A stretch of DNA of 64,000 bases, from the IMG/VR virus record IMGVR_UViG_3300011008_000022, one strand, 5' to 3'. Below are positions 1 through 9,833 of this stretch, one piece after another. Under the pieces are notes generated by a model. That model was not told where the DNA came from. It searched no databases and worked only from the letters and a program-made list of their open reading frames with translations. The position numbers and the translations under genes are program-made. The stretch is from a virus. How positions within the stretch are numbered: position 1 is the stretch's first letter; every line of letters starts with the position of its first letter.

Positions 1-1433
1 TCAACAGCCGCTCTGTATCGGGTAATATCATGCGCATGTATGCCAACAGCGAGAACTTCCCTGAAGAGTCGGTAAAAACGGTGCTGGATAGCCTATGGGC
101 TTCTTTCGGTATTCGTTTTGAATATGACTACGAGAAAAAGCATGTACGTGCTTACTACGTCCGCGAGGTGTTCCGTGATACACAGGATCCTATCGACTTC
201 CCTGGACGGGTAATCTCCATGCACAAGATTGCTGAGAAGATTACGGGTGTACGCATGTGCTACTCGGCTGAAAGCAGCAGCAAGGAACAACAGGGTAATG
301 TGCGCTCCGGCAAAAAGGACTATGATACGTCCTACGATTATATCGACTACCCCCAGAATGCTACCATCACGGATAAGCATTATGAAGAGATATTCCGTAC
401 TCCTCAGCAGAATAATGCCAGTGGTAACACGAATGTCTATGTGGATAGGGCAACGGGTAACAAGTACCGTATCAAGGTGAATAGCGATGCGGAAACGGCT
501 ATGGACTTGAAGCCGGTGCTCTTTGAGGTAGGACAGTATAAGGGCGTGGAACTGGGCGACTGCTCAGAACTTAACGAGGACTTCATAGAGGAGATAAAAT
601 CGGACTTCGTGCCGATGGTCTTCAATGATGTAAACTATCAGAATGAGGTCAATTCTGCTGCTGGCTCCATGAAGTCGGATGGCTATCAGATCATCCTGAA
701 TGCTGACCAGGAACAGCCTATCCTTGCGGCTTTCGTCGATGAGGAAATGGAACATGAGTTCCTGGAGCAACGCATCCGTCAGACATTGGCATCTAATGTG
801 GCTGAGTTCTATTTCGACGAGGTACTGGATGGCATGATAGAGAACTATGACCCGTCATCCTCTGATGATGGTAATAGTCCGCTGCAGACGGTCGATTGGG
901 GACTGGCTATCGCTATCATGCGTGGTGGTGGTACGGATGCAACCATACAGACGTATGATCACAACTACGATGGCTTTGGTAACTCGAAATGGCGCACAGT
1001 GGCTGGTCTCTATGCGCTTACGTCTGACAGCCTCGATATGTGGGGCAATGAATACGACTATAACGGTGTATCTCCTGGCATCGGTGGTGGCGAACGCTTC
1101 TCATTGAAGATTCGCTCATGGGTACAGCCGGAATGGGCCAATGCTCCGCTGGTGGATGCTGACGTGGTGGATAGTCAGGGAAACATCGAGAAGAAAATCA
1201 AATCGCGTGGCCTCTTTGACACCTTCATGTCGGAATATGCGAACTTTATCCTAAAACGTCGTAAATACCGCGTCCGCATAGAGTGCTCTGCTGCTCAGGT
1301 GGCAGACGTGCCAAACCATTGGACGCGTCGATTCCGCATCAACGGCATGGTGGGCTTCATTAACAAATTGTCTTATAACGTCTCTGCAAAAGATGGTCTT
1401 AACGGCCTCGAAGTGGAGTTCTATGTTCTATAA
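1..1433 (+). CDS. hypothetical phage protein (virion-module context); N-terminus probably outside the window
   Basis: ORF track 30..1433 (467 aa). The frame is open from nt 3 to the first ATG, so the gene may start upstream. Hairpin follows at 1442-1462. No motif recognised. Confidence 0.6.
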   Translation, partial: NSRSVSGNIMRMYANSENFPEESVKTVLDSLWASFGIRFEYDYEKKHVRAYYVREVFRDTQDPIDFPGRVISMHKIAEKITGVRMCYSAESSSKEQQGNVRSGKKDYDTSYDYIDYPQNATITDKHYEEIFRTPQQNNASGNTNVYVDRATGNKYRIKVNSDAETAMDLKPVLFEVGQYKGVELGDCSELNEDFIEEIKSDFVPMVFNDVNYQNEVNSAAGSMKSDGYQIILNADQEQPILAAFVDEEMEHEFLEQRIRQTLASNVAEFYFDEVLDGMIENYDPSSSDDGNSPLQTVDWGLAIAIMRGGGTDATIQTYDHNYDGFGNSKWRTVAGLYALTSDSLDMWGNEYDYNGVSPGIGGGERFSLKIRSWVQPEWANAPLVDADVVDSQGNIEKKIKSRGLFDTFMSEYANFILKRRKYRVRIECSAAQVADVPNHWTRRFRINGMVGFINKLSYNVSAKDGLNGLEVEFYVL

Positions 1434-1441
1434 TCACAGTG

Positions 1442-1462
1442 CCCGCTGATTCCGTCAGCGGG
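1442..1462 (+). terminator. hairpin element, family A variant (CCCGCTGA/TCAGCGGG)
   Basis: cacaGTGCCCGCTGAttccgTCAGCGGGTCTC, after the stop at 1433. Confidence 0.6.
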
Positions 1463-1481
1463 TCTCTAAAACGTATAAAAA

Positions 1482-2600
1482 ATGCCTAAAATTGAATTGT
1501 CCCTTCCCCGCTCCTGGAACCAGTGTACGCTACCTGCGCTCCGTGCTATTGCTGCCGTGCTGACTGACTGCTCGGCACGTATCGATCGCTTCCATCCTTT
1601 TGACATGATGGAGGTAAAGGTGGGGGTATTACTACGTTTAACGAATATCGAAGTGCTGGAACCAATCAACCCGCGAGTAGCGGTCGAAGAGCAATACTAT
1701 ACCTGCCGCCTACGTCCCTGGACTATCGATGAAGAATATAGTCGTTGGTTCCGTATGCTGCGATACTATCGCAGCTTCTGTGCTTGGTTCCGTCGCTCTG
1801 TCCTCGGACATGATGACACTTTCTCGCTATACGTGTGGCAAATCAATTACTGGCTCACTCCTCACAAAGATCAGGCAACAGGACGCATGGTGCCTGGTAT
1901 GCTCGACTGGATGAATAGCGATAGTAAGAGCTTCCTTCAGCGCTTCCCGTTCCCGTCTGTCCGTCGTCGCTCTGGTAAGTGCTCTCGTAAGGTGACATTC
2001 AAGGGACCTAACACGTTTATGGATGGCTTCTCATGGCGACGCTACCGATTCGCTCAGGACTATATGCAGATGTATATCGAACAGCAAAACCATTTGCTCG
2101 AACTGCAACAGTCTGGCAAGGTGTCGGCAAAGGACTTGCTGAAAGCAACAAAGGCCATGGATCTGTCTAAGGCGCTTTTCCTGGCTACTGTCTTCAATCG
2201 TAAGATAACATTTGTCAACGAGGAAACAGGACAGACTATCACCGATTATCATTACCAGTTTAATCAGCATTCAGATAACAGTCCTTTCTTCCGTAATTTC
2301 GACGATAAGGATTGGCAACTGGTGTGCCTATGGTGGGCGGGCATGATGCACTATTTGCATCAGACTTATCCCAAGGTGTTCAAGGTACAGAAGGTGAAAG
2401 GTAACAAGAAACCTGTCAACCCGCTCATGTTATATGCGCGTACAACGGCAACACTGGAGAAGTACCTCCACTCTACTGCAACGGACATAGAAAGGGAACC
2501 TTACTCCACCATCCTTCAGCAACTCGAAGACATCACACGTCGTAACGAGGAGATAGAAGCTGCAAACCGCAAAATGAGGGCACAATCCCGCCGTAAGTAG
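1482..2600 (+). CDS. hypothetical protein
   Basis: 372-aa ORF with a basic C-terminus. Two hairpins follow (2609-2665). Confidence 0.7.
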   Translation: MPKIELSLPRSWNQCTLPALRAIAAVLTDCSARIDRFHPFDMMEVKVGVLLRLTNIEVLEPINPRVAVEEQYYTCRLRPWTIDEEYSRWFRMLRYYRSFCAWFRRSVLGHDDTFSLYVWQINYWLTPHKDQATGRMVPGMLDWMNSDSKSFLQRFPFPSVRRRSGKCSRKVTFKGPNTFMDGFSWRRYRFAQDYMQMYIEQQNHLLELQQSGKVSAKDLLKATKAMDLSKALFLATVFNRKITFVNEETGQTITDYHYQFNQHSDNSPFFRNFDDKDWQLVCLWWAGMMHYLHQTYPKVFKVQKVKGNKKPVNPLMLYARTTATLEKYLHSTATDIEREPYSTILQQLEDITRRNEEIEAANRKMRAQSRRK

Positions 2601-2608
2601 CCACCGTG

Positions 2609-2665
2609 CCCAGCGCTTTTTCGCTGGGTTTTCTTCGTCACCGTGCCCAGCCGTTCTCGGCTGGG
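2609..2665 (+). terminator. two family-A hairpins in tandem
   Basis: CACCGTGCCCAGCGctttttCGCTGGGT and CACCGTGCCCAGCCGttctCGGCTGGGT. Confidence 0.65.
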
Positions 2666-2706
2666 TCTTCAAATCACTTTGTCCCGTCCTCGTCACTCGC
2701 ATTCTG

Positions 2707-2714
2707 TATCTTTG
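2707..2714 (+). promoter_or_regulatory. Bacteroidota sigma-A -7 box (TATCTTTG)
   Basis: Matches the TAnnTTTG consensus. 62 nt upstream of ATG 2776. Confidence 0.5.
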
Positions 2715-2736
2715 CAATATAAAAATAGTTCTGTAT

Positions 2737-2755
2737 GTCGCTATGTCTTAGCGAC
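2737..2755 (+). repeat. family-B hairpin (GTTCTGTAT-GTCGCTATGNCATAGCGAC)
   Basis: gttctgtatGTCGCTATGtcTTAGCGAC (imperfect). Confidence 0.55.
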
Positions 2756-2775
2756 TTTAAAAAGGAAATAAGATT

Positions 2776-4611
2776 ATGGCAAAAAAGACTTCTGCTCCCG
2801 TCACCCGCGTAAAGGCCAGCAACTTCATAAAAAAGGCTGCTGACCTGCATCGCCGTAACTACTCGGTACTCCTGCCAGGCGACCGCTCTTACTATAATTT
2901 GGATGGCCCCAGCAGCGATATTTCTTGGGGCGACTTCATCGGCTCACAGCTTCGTGCCGGTGCAACCGAAAATGGTAAGTCTCAGCGTAAGTCTATACCT
3001 ACGCTCTATTTCTCGTCAGGAAACGAAAGCCAACAGGGAGCTGAGAAGATTGGTACGCCTAACTTGGGATGGATAGAATGGGGCTATGGCAACAACCTGC
3101 CTAACATCGTGGCATTGCTCACACACATGCTGCCATATACGGCTGCCGGTCTTAAATTCAACACGGATCTCTGTGCTGGACTCGGACCTCAGCCGATGTA
3201 CGACTGTACGCAGTATGTGGGTGGTAACATCACACAGAAACTCATCCGCTATAAGGATGCAGGACAATGGCTGCGCGGACGTATCATCGACCTGCAGACA
3301 CAGCTGCTGAACCTCGAACAGAAAAACACCACTCCCGATGATTCATCATCGGGCGAAGGCATGGGTGCTGCTGTTGGCTCTGTAACAGGACGTGGCGCGA
3401 AAAAGTCTGAGGTGTACGATGCACTTGTGGATTCTATCAACGAACAGATAAAGGAATTACAAGAGGCACATAAGGTATGGAAGACTACAGATGAGGAGGT
3501 ACAGAAGTTCCTCGATAATAATAATATCGCTCAGACATGGCTTTCGCTGGTGCTCGATCAGGAACTGTTTGGTATCTCGTTCCCAGAACTGTTGCTGAAC
3601 CAGCAAGACCTCGACGAGAATGGAAACCCTGTCAAAACGAAGACTTGGACTCCTCGCGTGACGGGTATCGCCCACCGTTCATGCCATACGACCCGCATGG
3701 AGCGTATGGATGAAATGGGTAAGATTAACTTCGTGTACTGCTCTACAAGATGGCTTGATAAATACTTCATCGAACAGGGTGGAGAGAATAACGCGCCTAT
3801 CAATGCTATACCTGCCCTCCATGTGCCCTCTCCTCTTGCTTCACTGGAGGAGAAGGTACGTGAGGCTCGCCAGAAAAATGTATCTGTCAACAACAGACCG
3901 ACGCACTTTGTTTTGCCGACGGTCTATCCTACCGCTGGTCGCCCATATTACCCGACTCCTGCCTGGTACTCTATCTTTGGTGGTGATATCTACGAATACA
4001 TCACAACGATATTCTCAGACCGCCTCTCTCGTAAGCGTAACAGCAATGTCATCGGACGTGTCATCTATCTGCATAACGATTACATGCAGCAGTTGTTTGT
4101 GGCCAAAAAAGCACAGGCTGATGCTAACAAACAGGCTGAGATACGCGACAAACTCTATACGCAGATCAACCAGTGGCTCGCCAATCGCAACAATGCCGGA
4201 CAGTCATTGCTGGCTTTCACATTCATGGGCACGGATGGTAAGGAGCATAAGAGCTTCGAGATTGTAGAGATCGAAAGCAACAATAAGGATGTGGTGGCAG
4301 CCAACGAGAAAGAGACGGCTGAACTGTCATCAGTGGTATTCATGGCTCTGGGTCTTGATGGTCGTCTGCTGGGTTCTTCGCCGCTGTCTCTCGTAGGTAG
4401 CAACGGTGGTACTGACATCCGCGAACGCTTCCTGCTTCGCTTGATCCTGAAATCACCGCAAATCAACATCATGCTTAAACCGCTGGAAGTGCTCTCTCGC
4501 TTCAACAAGTGGGACCGCCACCTGGTATGGCAGGTGCAAAAGCAGGCAATGACAACACTTGACCGCTCTAAATCGGGCGTGACAACACAATCTGACGACG
4601 AAGGTAAATAG
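2776..4611 (+). CDS. hypothetical large protein (virion-module context; portal-sized but unverified)
   Basis: 611-aa ORF behind the TATCTTTG box at 2707-2714. Carries an in-frame hairpin at 3334-3353 (TPDDSSSGEG). Confidence 0.7.
   Translation: MAKKTSAPVTRVKASNFIKKAADLHRRNYSVLLPGDRSYYNLDGPSSDISWGDFIGSQLRAGATENGKSQRKSIPTLYFSSGNESQQGAEKIGTPNLGWIEWGYGNNLPNIVALLTHMLPYTAAGLKFNTDLCAGLGPQPMYDCTQYVGGNITQKLIRYKDAGQWLRGRIIDLQTQLLNLEQKNTTPDDSSSGEGMGAAVGSVTGRGAKKSEVYDALVDSINEQIKELQEAHKVWKTTDEEVQKFLDNNNIAQTWLSLVLDQELFGISFPELLLNQQDLDENGNPVKTKTWTPRVTGIAHRSCHTTRMERMDEMGKINFVYCSTRWLDKYFIEQGGENNAPINAIPALHVPSPLASLEEKVREARQKNVSVNNRPTHFVLPTVYPTAGRPYYPTPAWYSIFGGDIYEYITTIFSDRLSRKRNSNVIGRVIYLHNDYMQQLFVAKKAQADANKQAEIRDKLYTQINQWLANRNNAGQSLLAFTFMGTDGKEHKSFEIVEIESNNKDVVAANEKETAELSSVVFMALGLDGRLLGSSPLSLVGSNGGTDIRERFLLRLILKSPQINIMLKPLEVLSRFNKWDRHLVWQVQKQAMTTLDRSKSGVTTQSDDEGK
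3334..3353 (+). repeat. family-A-type hairpin in-frame inside CDS 2776..4611
   Basis: actCCCGATGATtcATCATCGGGcgaagg, encoding TPDDSSSGEG. Confidence 0.7.
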
Positions 4612-4619
4612 TTCTGTAT

Positions 4620-4638
4620 GTCGCTATGTCATAGCGAC
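4620..4638 (+). terminator. family-B hairpin
   Basis: gttctgtatGTCGCTATGtCATAGCGAC, after the stop at 4611. Confidence 0.6.
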
Positions 4639-4658
4639 CTCAAAATAAAAGAAAAGAT

Positions 4659-5696
4659 ATGGCACAAGGATTACTCATACAAGGTGCATCACCACTCGTA
4701 GGCAGCCCTATCACTTATCAGGTGACAGCAGCGGTCATCAGTGGCGATTGCGCTTTTCATCGTGTCAAACTGACGGTATCGGCATTCCTCGAAGGTGTCG
4801 ATATCAACTTTGCCGACCTCACGCTGTCCTCTCCGGCTGAGTCGGGAGAAATCCTGAAGTTCGACATCAGCAGCGCACTACGTGCTGTCGCAGATAAGTA
4901 TGAGTACACTGTCAACCCGCCTGCCAACTATCCGCGTATCGGATATAGACTGTCTGCCTGCGATGAGTACATGCAGAACGGAGAGGTACACGATAACGTG
5001 GGCGTGGTGACGATTGACACCATTCAGTATTGCATCATGGGTGCCTACTCGGATATGGAACGTCTGCTATCTGCTGGCAGCAAGTCGGCACAGCACTTTA
5101 CACGCAAGCCGAACACGATGCCGGAGGTGGTGGCCGTAGGAGAGAGCATGGTATGCCCTCAGTCCTATGCTCAACCCGTCAGCAGTGGAAATATTACCGT
5201 AGGACCTACATCATCGGTGGTAAACATCGTCAACGAGGGATTGCAGACGGTCAATGGCCGTCAGGTGTATGCACTGCCTGCAGGACAGAAAGACCGTTAC
5301 GAGTTCCGCTTTGTCAATGGCCTGGGATGCCTCGAAAGCATCAGCGTAAAGGCTTTGCGTACCTCTGAAACGAACGTTACCCAGGAGTCTTTCATTCGCT
5401 CGGTGCAAGAGACGTTCAACTCATTCTCGCGAGGACTCGTGACTAAGAAAAACGATTACGAGACTTGGAAGATGTGTAGTGGACCGCTCGACGAAGCATG
5501 GCATTCGTGGTTCATGCACGAGTTCATCATGGCTAAGTTCGCCTGGATAAAAATCAACGGACATTGGATAGGGTGCCACATCGTTCCTGAAGAAACAGTA
5601 GATGGCATCGATCGTACCAGCGGCAACTTCATGCAGGTGGAGTTCTCAGTACAACTTGACATCAATGGCAGCCCACTCGCTGCTTTGGCCATATAG
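4659..5696 (+). CDS. hypothetical protein
   Basis: 345-aa ORF between hairpins 4620-4638 and 5706-5723. Confidence 0.7.
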   Translation: MAQGLLIQGASPLVGSPITYQVTAAVISGDCAFHRVKLTVSAFLEGVDINFADLTLSSPAESGEILKFDISSALRAVADKYEYTVNPPANYPRIGYRLSACDEYMQNGEVHDNVGVVTIDTIQYCIMGAYSDMERLLSAGSKSAQHFTRKPNTMPEVVAVGESMVCPQSYAQPVSSGNITVGPTSSVVNIVNEGLQTVNGRQVYALPAGQKDRYEFRFVNGLGCLESISVKALRTSETNVTQESFIRSVQETFNSFSRGLVTKKNDYETWKMCSGPLDEAWHSWFMHEFIMAKFAWIKINGHWIGCHIVPEETVDGIDRTSGNFMQVEFSVQLDINGSPLAALAI

Positions 5697-5705
5697 CCAC
5701 CAATC

Positions 5706-5723
5706 CCAGCCGTTCTCGGCTGG
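5706..5723 (+). terminator. family-A hairpin
   Basis: CCAGCCGttctCGGCTGG, after the stop at 5696. Confidence 0.6.
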
Positions 5724-5758
5724 ACCTCGAAAAGAAACAACATAATAATAAAATAAAA

Positions 5759-6268
5759 ATGAATAGTATCGTATCATTCTTCCAGAGCTTCTTCAGCTCA
5801 GTACCGCGACAGATTGCTGTCGGACTGGGAATTGTTTGGGCATGGCTGGAGCCAACACTCCCCTATGCCGCTATGTGTTTGTTTGCTGTTGTCATCGATT
5901 GCCTCACGGCATGGCGATTAAATCGGCGTGTGAAGGCTAAATATCCGAACGCAGGAGCCGATGGCAAACTGAAATCCTCACACATGTCGAAGATGATATC
6001 AGACCTGGCTATCGTTTGGCTCTGCATCCTACTGGCAGACGGTGTGGATGATAATTTGCTCGAACACCTTGGAGGTCTCCACCTCGGCCAGTATGTAGCA
6101 GCTATCTTTGTCCTCTGCACGGCTGTCTCGATACTCGAAAATGAGTCTTCATGCAATGGCGCTGCATGGGCAAGAGCCGTCCAGAAGATTGTCACCTCGA
6201 AAGTCGCTCGCCATATCGACATCGACGAGAAAGAATTGGAGGAGATCATACACGAGAAAAAAGAATAG
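5759..6268 (+). CDS. putative holin-family membrane protein
   Basis: 169 aa with several hydrophobic helices (VGLGIVWAWL, MCLFAVVIDCLTAW, LAIVWLCILLA, AAIFVLCTAVSILENESSCN). Resembles phage holin 4_1-type proteins by eye. Confidence 0.45.
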   Translation: MNSIVSFFQSFFSSVPRQIAVGLGIVWAWLEPTLPYAAMCLFAVVIDCLTAWRLNRRVKAKYPNAGADGKLKSSHMSKMISDLAIVWLCILLADGVDDNLLEHLGGLHLGQYVAAIFVLCTAVSILENESSCNGAAWARAVQKIVTSKVARHIDIDEKELEEIIHEKKE

Positions 6269-6276
6269 TCACCGTG

Positions 6277-6296
6277 CCCAGCCGCTCTCGGCTGGG
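6277..6296 (+). terminator. family-A hairpin
   Basis: caccgtgCCCAGCCGctctCGGCTGGGtctc. Confidence 0.6.
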
Positions 6297-6312
6297 TCTC
6301 AATCTATAAGGT

Positions 6313-6876
6313 ATGAAAGCAAATATCAGCAAAATCCTCGAAAAATGGGCGGAATTGTACGAGCCTATCAGCCATGACCCCAAGAAAGGGTCTAAGGATA
6401 AGGCATACTATGAGATTCGTACCATCAATGACAATTCTGGCTTCATGCGCAATCAGAATGCGGCTAAGTCACCGTGTATGGCATATTCTATCCTGATTGA
6501 TGCTCAGGGCACGAATAACCACGTCGTCAACTATGCTCATGCCATCTACTTCCTCGTCAGGGCTAAATCCTACTCGCTGGCGAAAAATGCACGTCAGGAT
6601 GACGAACTGGGTGCCGACATTCAGATGACGATGGATGATTACGTCCAGGATCTGCTGGCATACCTGCGTGAACTGAAACGGACAGGGATATGTCCTATCA
6701 CGGGTGCTACCTACGACCGTCCTACAATGGATGCACTAAGAGGAATGCAACTGGAGAGCGCTGAATGGGCTTCTGCGCCTGTCAAGTACGCTGAATGGCA
6801 TGTAATGGGATTGAACATCGAACAAAACGCACCGCGACAACTGTGCGTGAATAAAGAACTCTATAAAAACGAATAG
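6313..6876 (+). CDS. hypothetical protein
   Basis: 187-aa ORF that starts 17 nt after hairpin 6277-6296. Confidence 0.65.
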   Translation: MKANISKILEKWAELYEPISHDPKKGSKDKAYYEIRTINDNSGFMRNQNAAKSPCMAYSILIDAQGTNNHVVNYAHAIYFLVRAKSYSLAKNARQDDELGADIQMTMDDYVQDLLAYLRELKRTGICPITGATYDRPTMDALRGMQLESAEWASAPVKYAEWHVMGLNIEQNAPRQLCVNKELYKNE

Positions 6877-6880
6877 CATT

Positions 6881-7558
6881 ATGGAAAAATTTAACTATCA
6901 ACAACCGTGCTGCATCGAGAGCACACTGCCACAGCTGCTGAAGAAATACGACTGGCTGCCATTCCAGACAAGTGGCGATGTGACAGTAGAGAAAATCCTG
7001 AAGGCTGTAAGCTACCTCGCTGGCAACAACCTCGACATCACTATCTGCCTGCCGGCTATCGACGTAACAATCCTGCGCCTATTCGCTTGGTACCATAGAC
7101 GTGGATGGCTGAAAGCGTTTACCGTCTTAACGGCAACAGACCAAAGCGAACTGATCCGTAACGAATTGCCAAAGGAACTGCCACTAACCATCGTGGATAG
7201 TGCCGACATCCCCGAAAACTATGGTATGTTGGTCATCAAAGGTGAACTGAGCAATGTCATCGTCAATGGTCCGATCTTCTCAGTCGTCACACCAGGCATC
7301 TGTTCCTATACGGCATACTATGGCAAAGACCCAGAGCGTATCGCTCAACTGACCGACACCATCAATGCCCGCATCCGCGTCGCTGATGCCAAAAAGAAAA
7401 GGGCTGCAAGGAAAACAACCCCAAAGAAAAAAGGCACCACCACTCCCGCCTCCGAAGCTCCTGCTCCCGCTGATGGTTCCACTGTGCTCGGCGATTCTGT
7501 CGTCGAGGAAAAAGACTCCACCTCTCCCGCTGCTTCTCCAGCGGGCACTGATGAATAA
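6881..7558 (+). CDS. hypothetical protein with K/P/A/T-rich low-complexity tail
   Basis: 225-aa ORF. In-frame hairpin at 7526-7545 (SPAASPAGT). Confidence 0.65.
   Translation: MEKFNYQQPCCIESTLPQLLKKYDWLPFQTSGDVTVEKILKAVSYLAGNNLDITICLPAIDVTILRLFAWYHRRGWLKAFTVLTATDQSELIRNELPKELPLTIVDSADIPENYGMLVIKGELSNVIVNGPIFSVVTPGICSYTAYYGKDPERIAQLTDTINARIRVADAKKKRAARKTTPKKKGTTTPASEAPAPADGSTVLGDSVVEEKDSTSPAASPAGTDE
7526..7545 (+). repeat. hairpin in-frame inside CDS 6881..7558
   Basis: CCCGCTGcttctcCAGCGGG, encoding SPAASPAGT. Confidence 0.6.
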
Positions 7559-7599
7559 CCATACCGCTGCACCGCAACGGTAAATTCGCGTTACTCCTG

Positions 7600-7676
7600 C
7601 ACCCAGCCGCCCGTTATCGGCTGGGTGTTTTCTTTTCCAGCGCTTCCGCCACTGTGCCCAGCCGTTCTCGGCTGGG
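7600..7676 (+). terminator. two family-A hairpins between convergent genes
   Basis: CACCCAGCCGcccgttatCGGCTGGGTG and actgtgCCCAGCCGttctCGGCTGGGt. Confidence 0.65.
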
Positions 7677-7678
7677 TT

Positions 7679-8245
7679 TTATCCTTCTTTCTGCTGAATG
7701 TTGGCCACGGCATCCTTAACCTCCTCCCATGCCACCATTTCCAATTTGCGAGTATCAGGATCATACTCACCAACAAAGGCAATGGCCTCATGCAAGGCAT
7801 CATCGGTGCGGTCGGCAATCACAAAGAACTCGAACGGCTCAATAGGAGGCACCTGAACGGAACCAGGCACAAGACCGGCACGGACAGCACGACGGATGCG
7901 GTCGGCTTCTGCCTTCGGCAATACAACCACCTGAGCCTTGCGCTCACGGATGGCTGCCTGCTCCAACTCACGGGCATGTTCCTCCCACTTCTCATTCTGC
8001 AACTTCCACACCATATAAAGATAGGCGTTATTCAGGAAATTACGCCAGCGCTCCCACCCTTGACCAATAAACACAACTGCCAAAGGCTCGGCAATATACA
8101 AACGACGCTCACGGGCATTCCACATCAGCATGTTCGACTCAAACAGCTGCTCTAAGTAACCAAACACGCGACTGGTTTTCACCATTTCCTTACGCTTCTT
8201 CTTTGCGGCTCTCTTCTTACGCCACTCCTTAAAAAATCCAAACAT
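7679..8245 (-). CDS. hypothetical protein
   Basis: 188-aa ORF, convergent with 6881..7558. Confidence 0.6.
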   Translation of the reverse strand: MFGFFKEWRKKRAAKKKRKEMVKTSRVFGYLEQLFESNMLMWNARERRLYIAEPLAVVFIGQGWERWRNFLNNAYLYMVWKLQNEKWEEHARELEQAAIRERKAQVVVLPKAEADRIRRAVRAGLVPGSVQVPPIEPFEFFVIADRTDDALHEAIAFVGEYDPDTRKLEMVAWEEVKDAVANIQQKEG

Positions 8246-8286
8246 ATTCTAAAAGTATTAAGTGAAAAATGTTTCGTCTATTGTTC

Positions 8287-8395
8287 GGCGATTGCATCGC
8301 CGCTTTTCGTTCTGTGCCCAGCGCTTTTCCGCTGGTCCTGTATGTCGCTATGTCATAGCGACCTTAGCCATCGTGCCCAGCCGTTCTCGGCTGGG
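8287..8395 (+). repeat. stack of four hairpins (C, A, B, A) between two minus-strand genes
   Basis: GGCGATtgcATCGCC (8287-8301), CCAGCGcttttcCGCTGG (8317-8336), GTCGCTATGtCATAGCGAC (8344-8362), CCCAGCCGttctCGGCTGGG (8376-8395). All have plus-strand polarity. Confidence 0.7.
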
Positions 8396-8397
8396 TC

Positions 8398-8712
8398 TTA
8401 TCCATAGATCTTCGTCCCGTCTATATCCACAATCAGGAAGTCCCACACATACCTGATAGCCCCAGAGTCCACAAACTGCACCCTGCGCAAATGCTTACGA
8501 CGGTCAACATCCAACGAAATCACCATGCCGCTCTCCAGTCGCCCGCTCTTCGTCACAAAACGGACGAAAAACGGCACTCTGGCCAACTTCTGTACGCCAG
8601 GAGGGGGATTGTACCCTACAGTCATCAGTCCCGTGCGTTTATCCTGCCACGTCCACTTCTCTGCGAACATGCGCACCTTCTGCCAGTGCTCACTTGGTTG
8701 TCTTTTTGGCAT
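8398..8712 (-). CDS. hypothetical protein
   Basis: ORF track gives 8398..8742. The ATG at 8712 (MPKRQPSEHW) lies 27 nt downstream of a minus-strand TATCTTTG box (8740-8747). Confidence 0.55.
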   Translation of the reverse strand: MPKRQPSEHWQKVRMFAEKWTWQDKRTGLMTVGYNPPPGVQKLARVPFFVRFVTKSGRLESGMVISLDVDRRKHLRRVQFVDSGAIRYVWDFLIVDIDGTKIYG

Positions 8713-8739
8713 AATGCTCCTTTTTTGATGATTACTTCG

Positions 8740-8747
8740 CAAAGATA
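8740..8747 (-). promoter_or_regulatory. -7 box TATCTTTG on the minus strand
   Basis: Reads CAAAGATA on the + strand. 27 nt upstream of ATG 8712. Confidence 0.5.
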
Positions 8748-8773
8748 GTTATTCTCCCCTACTCCACCGTGAC

Positions 8774-8835
8774 AAATTTTTCCCCTATTTTTGAACCAAT
8801 TTTAGTCAGAATGAAAAATTTTCCCCCTATTTCTT
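8774..8835 (+). promoter_or_regulatory. two direct operator-like repeats (AAATTTTTCCCCTATTT / AAAATTTTCCCCCTATTT)
   Basis: Located between divergent genes 8398..8712 and 8894..9220. The 12-mer TTTCCCCTATTT recurs at 59690-59701. Confidence 0.45.
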
Positions 8836-8856
8836 GTAAATATCAAAATATATTCG

Positions 8857-8864
8857 TATCTTTG
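8857..8864 (+). promoter_or_regulatory. -7 box TATCTTTG
   Basis: Part of the shared cassette TATCAAAATATATTCGTATCTTTGCACC. 29 nt upstream of ATG 8894. Confidence 0.6.
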
Positions 8865-8893
8865 CACCAAAAATAACAAAATAAAATAAGATT

Positions 8894-9220
8894 ATGACCT
8901 CAAAATTAGACCTTAATCGTGCTTTTAGTGAGCACGGAGTTACTTCTAAGACCGTTGCAGAGCGCATCGGACTGACACCACAGACCATCAGCGCTTATGT
9001 CAACGGCAACCCCACCGTCAAGAGCCTCTATCAGATAGCAGATGCACTTGAATGTGATGTGCGCGACCTGTTCTATCCCGTCGAGGATGCCACAGAGGAA
9101 ACCACCACTCCCGATGCCTCTCCATCGGGCACAAACGGCCCTCGTGCCTCTGCTCTGATTACATGTCCGCATTGCGGCACAGTCCTCTCAGCATCCCTTT
9201 CGGTCTTCAACAAATCATAA
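8894..9220 (+). CDS. XRE-family helix-turn-helix regulator
   Basis: N-terminal HTH (KTVAERIGLTPQTISAYVNGNPTVKSLYQIADAL). Divergent from 8398..8712, with operator-like repeats between them. In-frame hairpin at 9110-9129. Confidence 0.65.
   Translation: MTSKLDLNRAFSEHGVTSKTVAERIGLTPQTISAYVNGNPTVKSLYQIADALECDVRDLFYPVEDATEETTTPDASPSGTNGPRASALITCPHCGTVLSASLSVFNKS
9110..9129 (+). repeat. hairpin in-frame inside CDS 8894..9220
   Basis: actCCCGATGcctctcCATCGGGc, encoding TPDASPSGT. Confidence 0.7.
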
Positions 9221-9240
9221 ATTCATAAATTCATCAAACA

Positions 9241-9768
9241 ATGAAAAAGCAATTATTTTCTTCCCTCCTGTTTTGTTTGGTGTGTTGCTGTGTTGCAGCA
9301 ACTTTCCCCCAGTCTGCTAACGCTCAGGTGGAGTTCTCGAAGTTCAAACTCAGTAAGGATGAGCCTTTCGGTGCTTTCCCTGGACGTAAGATGCTCAATA
9401 CCAAATTCAAGGTGACTGCCGACCGCGACCTGAAATATATCCTCGTGGACTATTACATCGTCAATGCCGTTGGCGATGTTATCTCCGGCTACACACAGGC
9501 CATCAAGAATGATACCCTGGAGTTCATCAAACCCAAACGCATGGAATGTACTGGTCCATACAACGCAGGCAAGTCCTACTCCCCTTGGGTCAGCGGTGTA
9601 ATCACCTACCCTAACAAAGACATCACCGCCTTCCCGTTCCAAATACAAGTCATGTATATGGGCACCGATGATTGGGTCACAATCCCTATCACCAAAGATA
9701 ACCTCACCACCTATTTTCCCTCCCTCAAATGGATTGAATATAGTCGAAAGAATAAGAAAATCCTATAA
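9241..9768 (+). CDS. secreted protein (signal peptide)
   Basis: N-terminus MKKQLFSSLLFCLVCCCVAATFPQSANAQ. 175 aa. Confidence 0.6.
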   Translation: MKKQLFSSLLFCLVCCCVAATFPQSANAQVEFSKFKLSKDEPFGAFPGRKMLNTKFKVTADRDLKYILVDYYIVNAVGDVISGYTQAIKNDTLEFIKPKRMECTGPYNAGKSYSPWVSGVITYPNKDITAFPFQIQVMYMGTDDWVTIPITKDNLTTYFPSLKWIEYSRKNKKIL

Positions 9769-9776
9769 TTATTACT

Positions 9777-9818
9777 CCCCGCCGATTTCGGTGGGGTTTC
9801 TTTTTGCGATGGCATCGC
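9777..9818 (+). terminator. GC hairpin + T-run, then family-C hairpin
   Basis: CCCCGCCGAttTCGGTGGGGtttcttttt, then GCGATggcATCGC. Confidence 0.65.
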
Positions 9819-9833
9819 TACAACAATAACAAC